In this document: piece after piece, positions 63,326 to 64,000 of the stretch | Layout: each line of letters begins with the position of its first letter | Numbering within the stretch: position 1 is the first letter of the stretch | Assembly (NCBI GenBank): GCA_965205015.1 | Contig: OZ242029.1 | Span: 1,152,001-1,216,000, forward strand | DNA length: 64,000 nucleotides | Reading direction: 5' to 3' | Origin: Candidatus Poribacteria bacterium | Lineage (GTDB): Bacteria; Poribacteria; WGA-4E; WGA-3G | Position numbers and translations under genes: made by a program | Notes under the pieces: model-generated | The model's database searches: none | What the model was told of the DNA's origin: nothing | Seen by the model: the letters and a program-made list of their open reading frames with translations, nothing else

Positions 63326-64000
63326 ATGTTGTCAAAGAAAATGGCAGTTTCGTTAACAAGTCTAATCACTATATTTGCCCTGGCATCTCTGCCTGTATCG
63401 GCATTTGATGTGAAATTCGATGCCCATGATATCAGTCATGCTGGCGATATCCAGCTCGAAAGGGCAGCGTCAGTAGTGGTATATGTCAACTTCGGGAAGA
63501 CGGTAACACTTGCGGATGTCAAAGCAGCATTTGGTTATTCCGCCGCTACTGCTGCGAGTACAGATGCAGTCGCAGCAGGTGGAAAGATTGATATTCTCAA
63601 TTATCATGGAGCTGTAATTGATAGTAATGCTACCGGTTCTGAGAATACCGTTGTGATTGCAGATCGCGAAGTCGATGATCGTTTGGTACTAGATGATGTT
63701 AATCAGATACAGTCGGGTAAGGACTATACGATTACGATTACCCTTGATGCTGATACGCAGCTCCCTGCTACTTCTGGTGACAATGCAGGGGTTTTTGATA
63801 AGAATGAGCATGCCTACAAGCTGCGTTTATTCCTTCCCAAAGATGCTCTGATTGAAGCAGACCGTAACGCCGGGACCAAAAATAATGTAGGATTCCATGA
63901 CAAAATATTTTTGGTAGGTGCCGAACCAGCTGCCATTGAAGATCGCGCTCCGTCGCCACGTAGCATTGCGCTTGCCCCGGGTGTGTTAATACCGGATGCT
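63326..64000 (+). CDS. Paralog of the large secreted protein 58538..61540, truncated by window edge
   Basis: Manual translation open to the end: MLSKKMAVSLTSLITIFALA...HDISHA...VNFGKTVT...GKDYTIT versus MMSKKWAFSLTSLITILALA...HDISHA...VTFGQIVT...GKNYTIT. Confidence 0.85.
   Translation, partial: MLSKKMAVSLTSLITIFALASLPVSAFDVKFDAHDISHAGDIQLERAASVVVYVNFGKTVTLADVKAAFGYSAATAASTDAVAAGGKIDILNYHGAVIDSNATGSENTVVIADREVDDRLVLDDVNQIQSGKDYTITITLDADTQLPATSGDNAGVFDKNEHAYKLRLFLPKDALIEADRNAGTKNNVGFHDKIFLVGAEPAAIEDRAPSPRSIALAPGVLIPDA

Larger units (their letters stand above)
61538..63328. repeat. Paired inverted repeats: 47 bp perfect (61710-61756 / 63183-63229) and 36 bp perfect (61538-61573 / 63293-63328)
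   Basis: tgtgtacaaggttaagttcaaaaacagaactggatttacaatccctg and attttattccataagaacaaggagatagaacgaatg present in opposite orientations. Confidence 0.93.

Overview
A gene-dense bacterial chromosomal window. The gene content points to Candidatus Poribacteria or a related sponge-symbiont/PVC-like lineage (inference): tandem PhyH dioxygenases, Gfo/Idh/MocA oxidoreductases, a sulfatase, a PSD1/DUF1501 pair, WD40 and TPR proteins, and a C-terminal 'GK.TT.WG.LK' motif. Housekeeping genes include bioF, murB, purH, mutL and lysA, alongside many catabolic enzymes. Accessory features are a probable type II restriction-modification pair, an ABC-type ATPase next to a pentapeptide-repeat/K+-channel gene, a family of small coiled-coil membrane-protein genes (one flanked by a 62-bp direct repeat), and many REP/MITE-like elements. 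The most striking feature is at the right end. Two divergent paralogous large secreted-protein genes share perfect 47-bp and 36-bp inverted repeats in their 5' leaders. These flank a ~1.4-kb segment holding one near-consensus sigma70 promoter, an array of short direct repeats and an Xis/MerR-like HTH gene, making this a candidate promoter-inversion (surface-protein phase-variation) switch. No rRNA, tRNA or CRISPR array was recognised.
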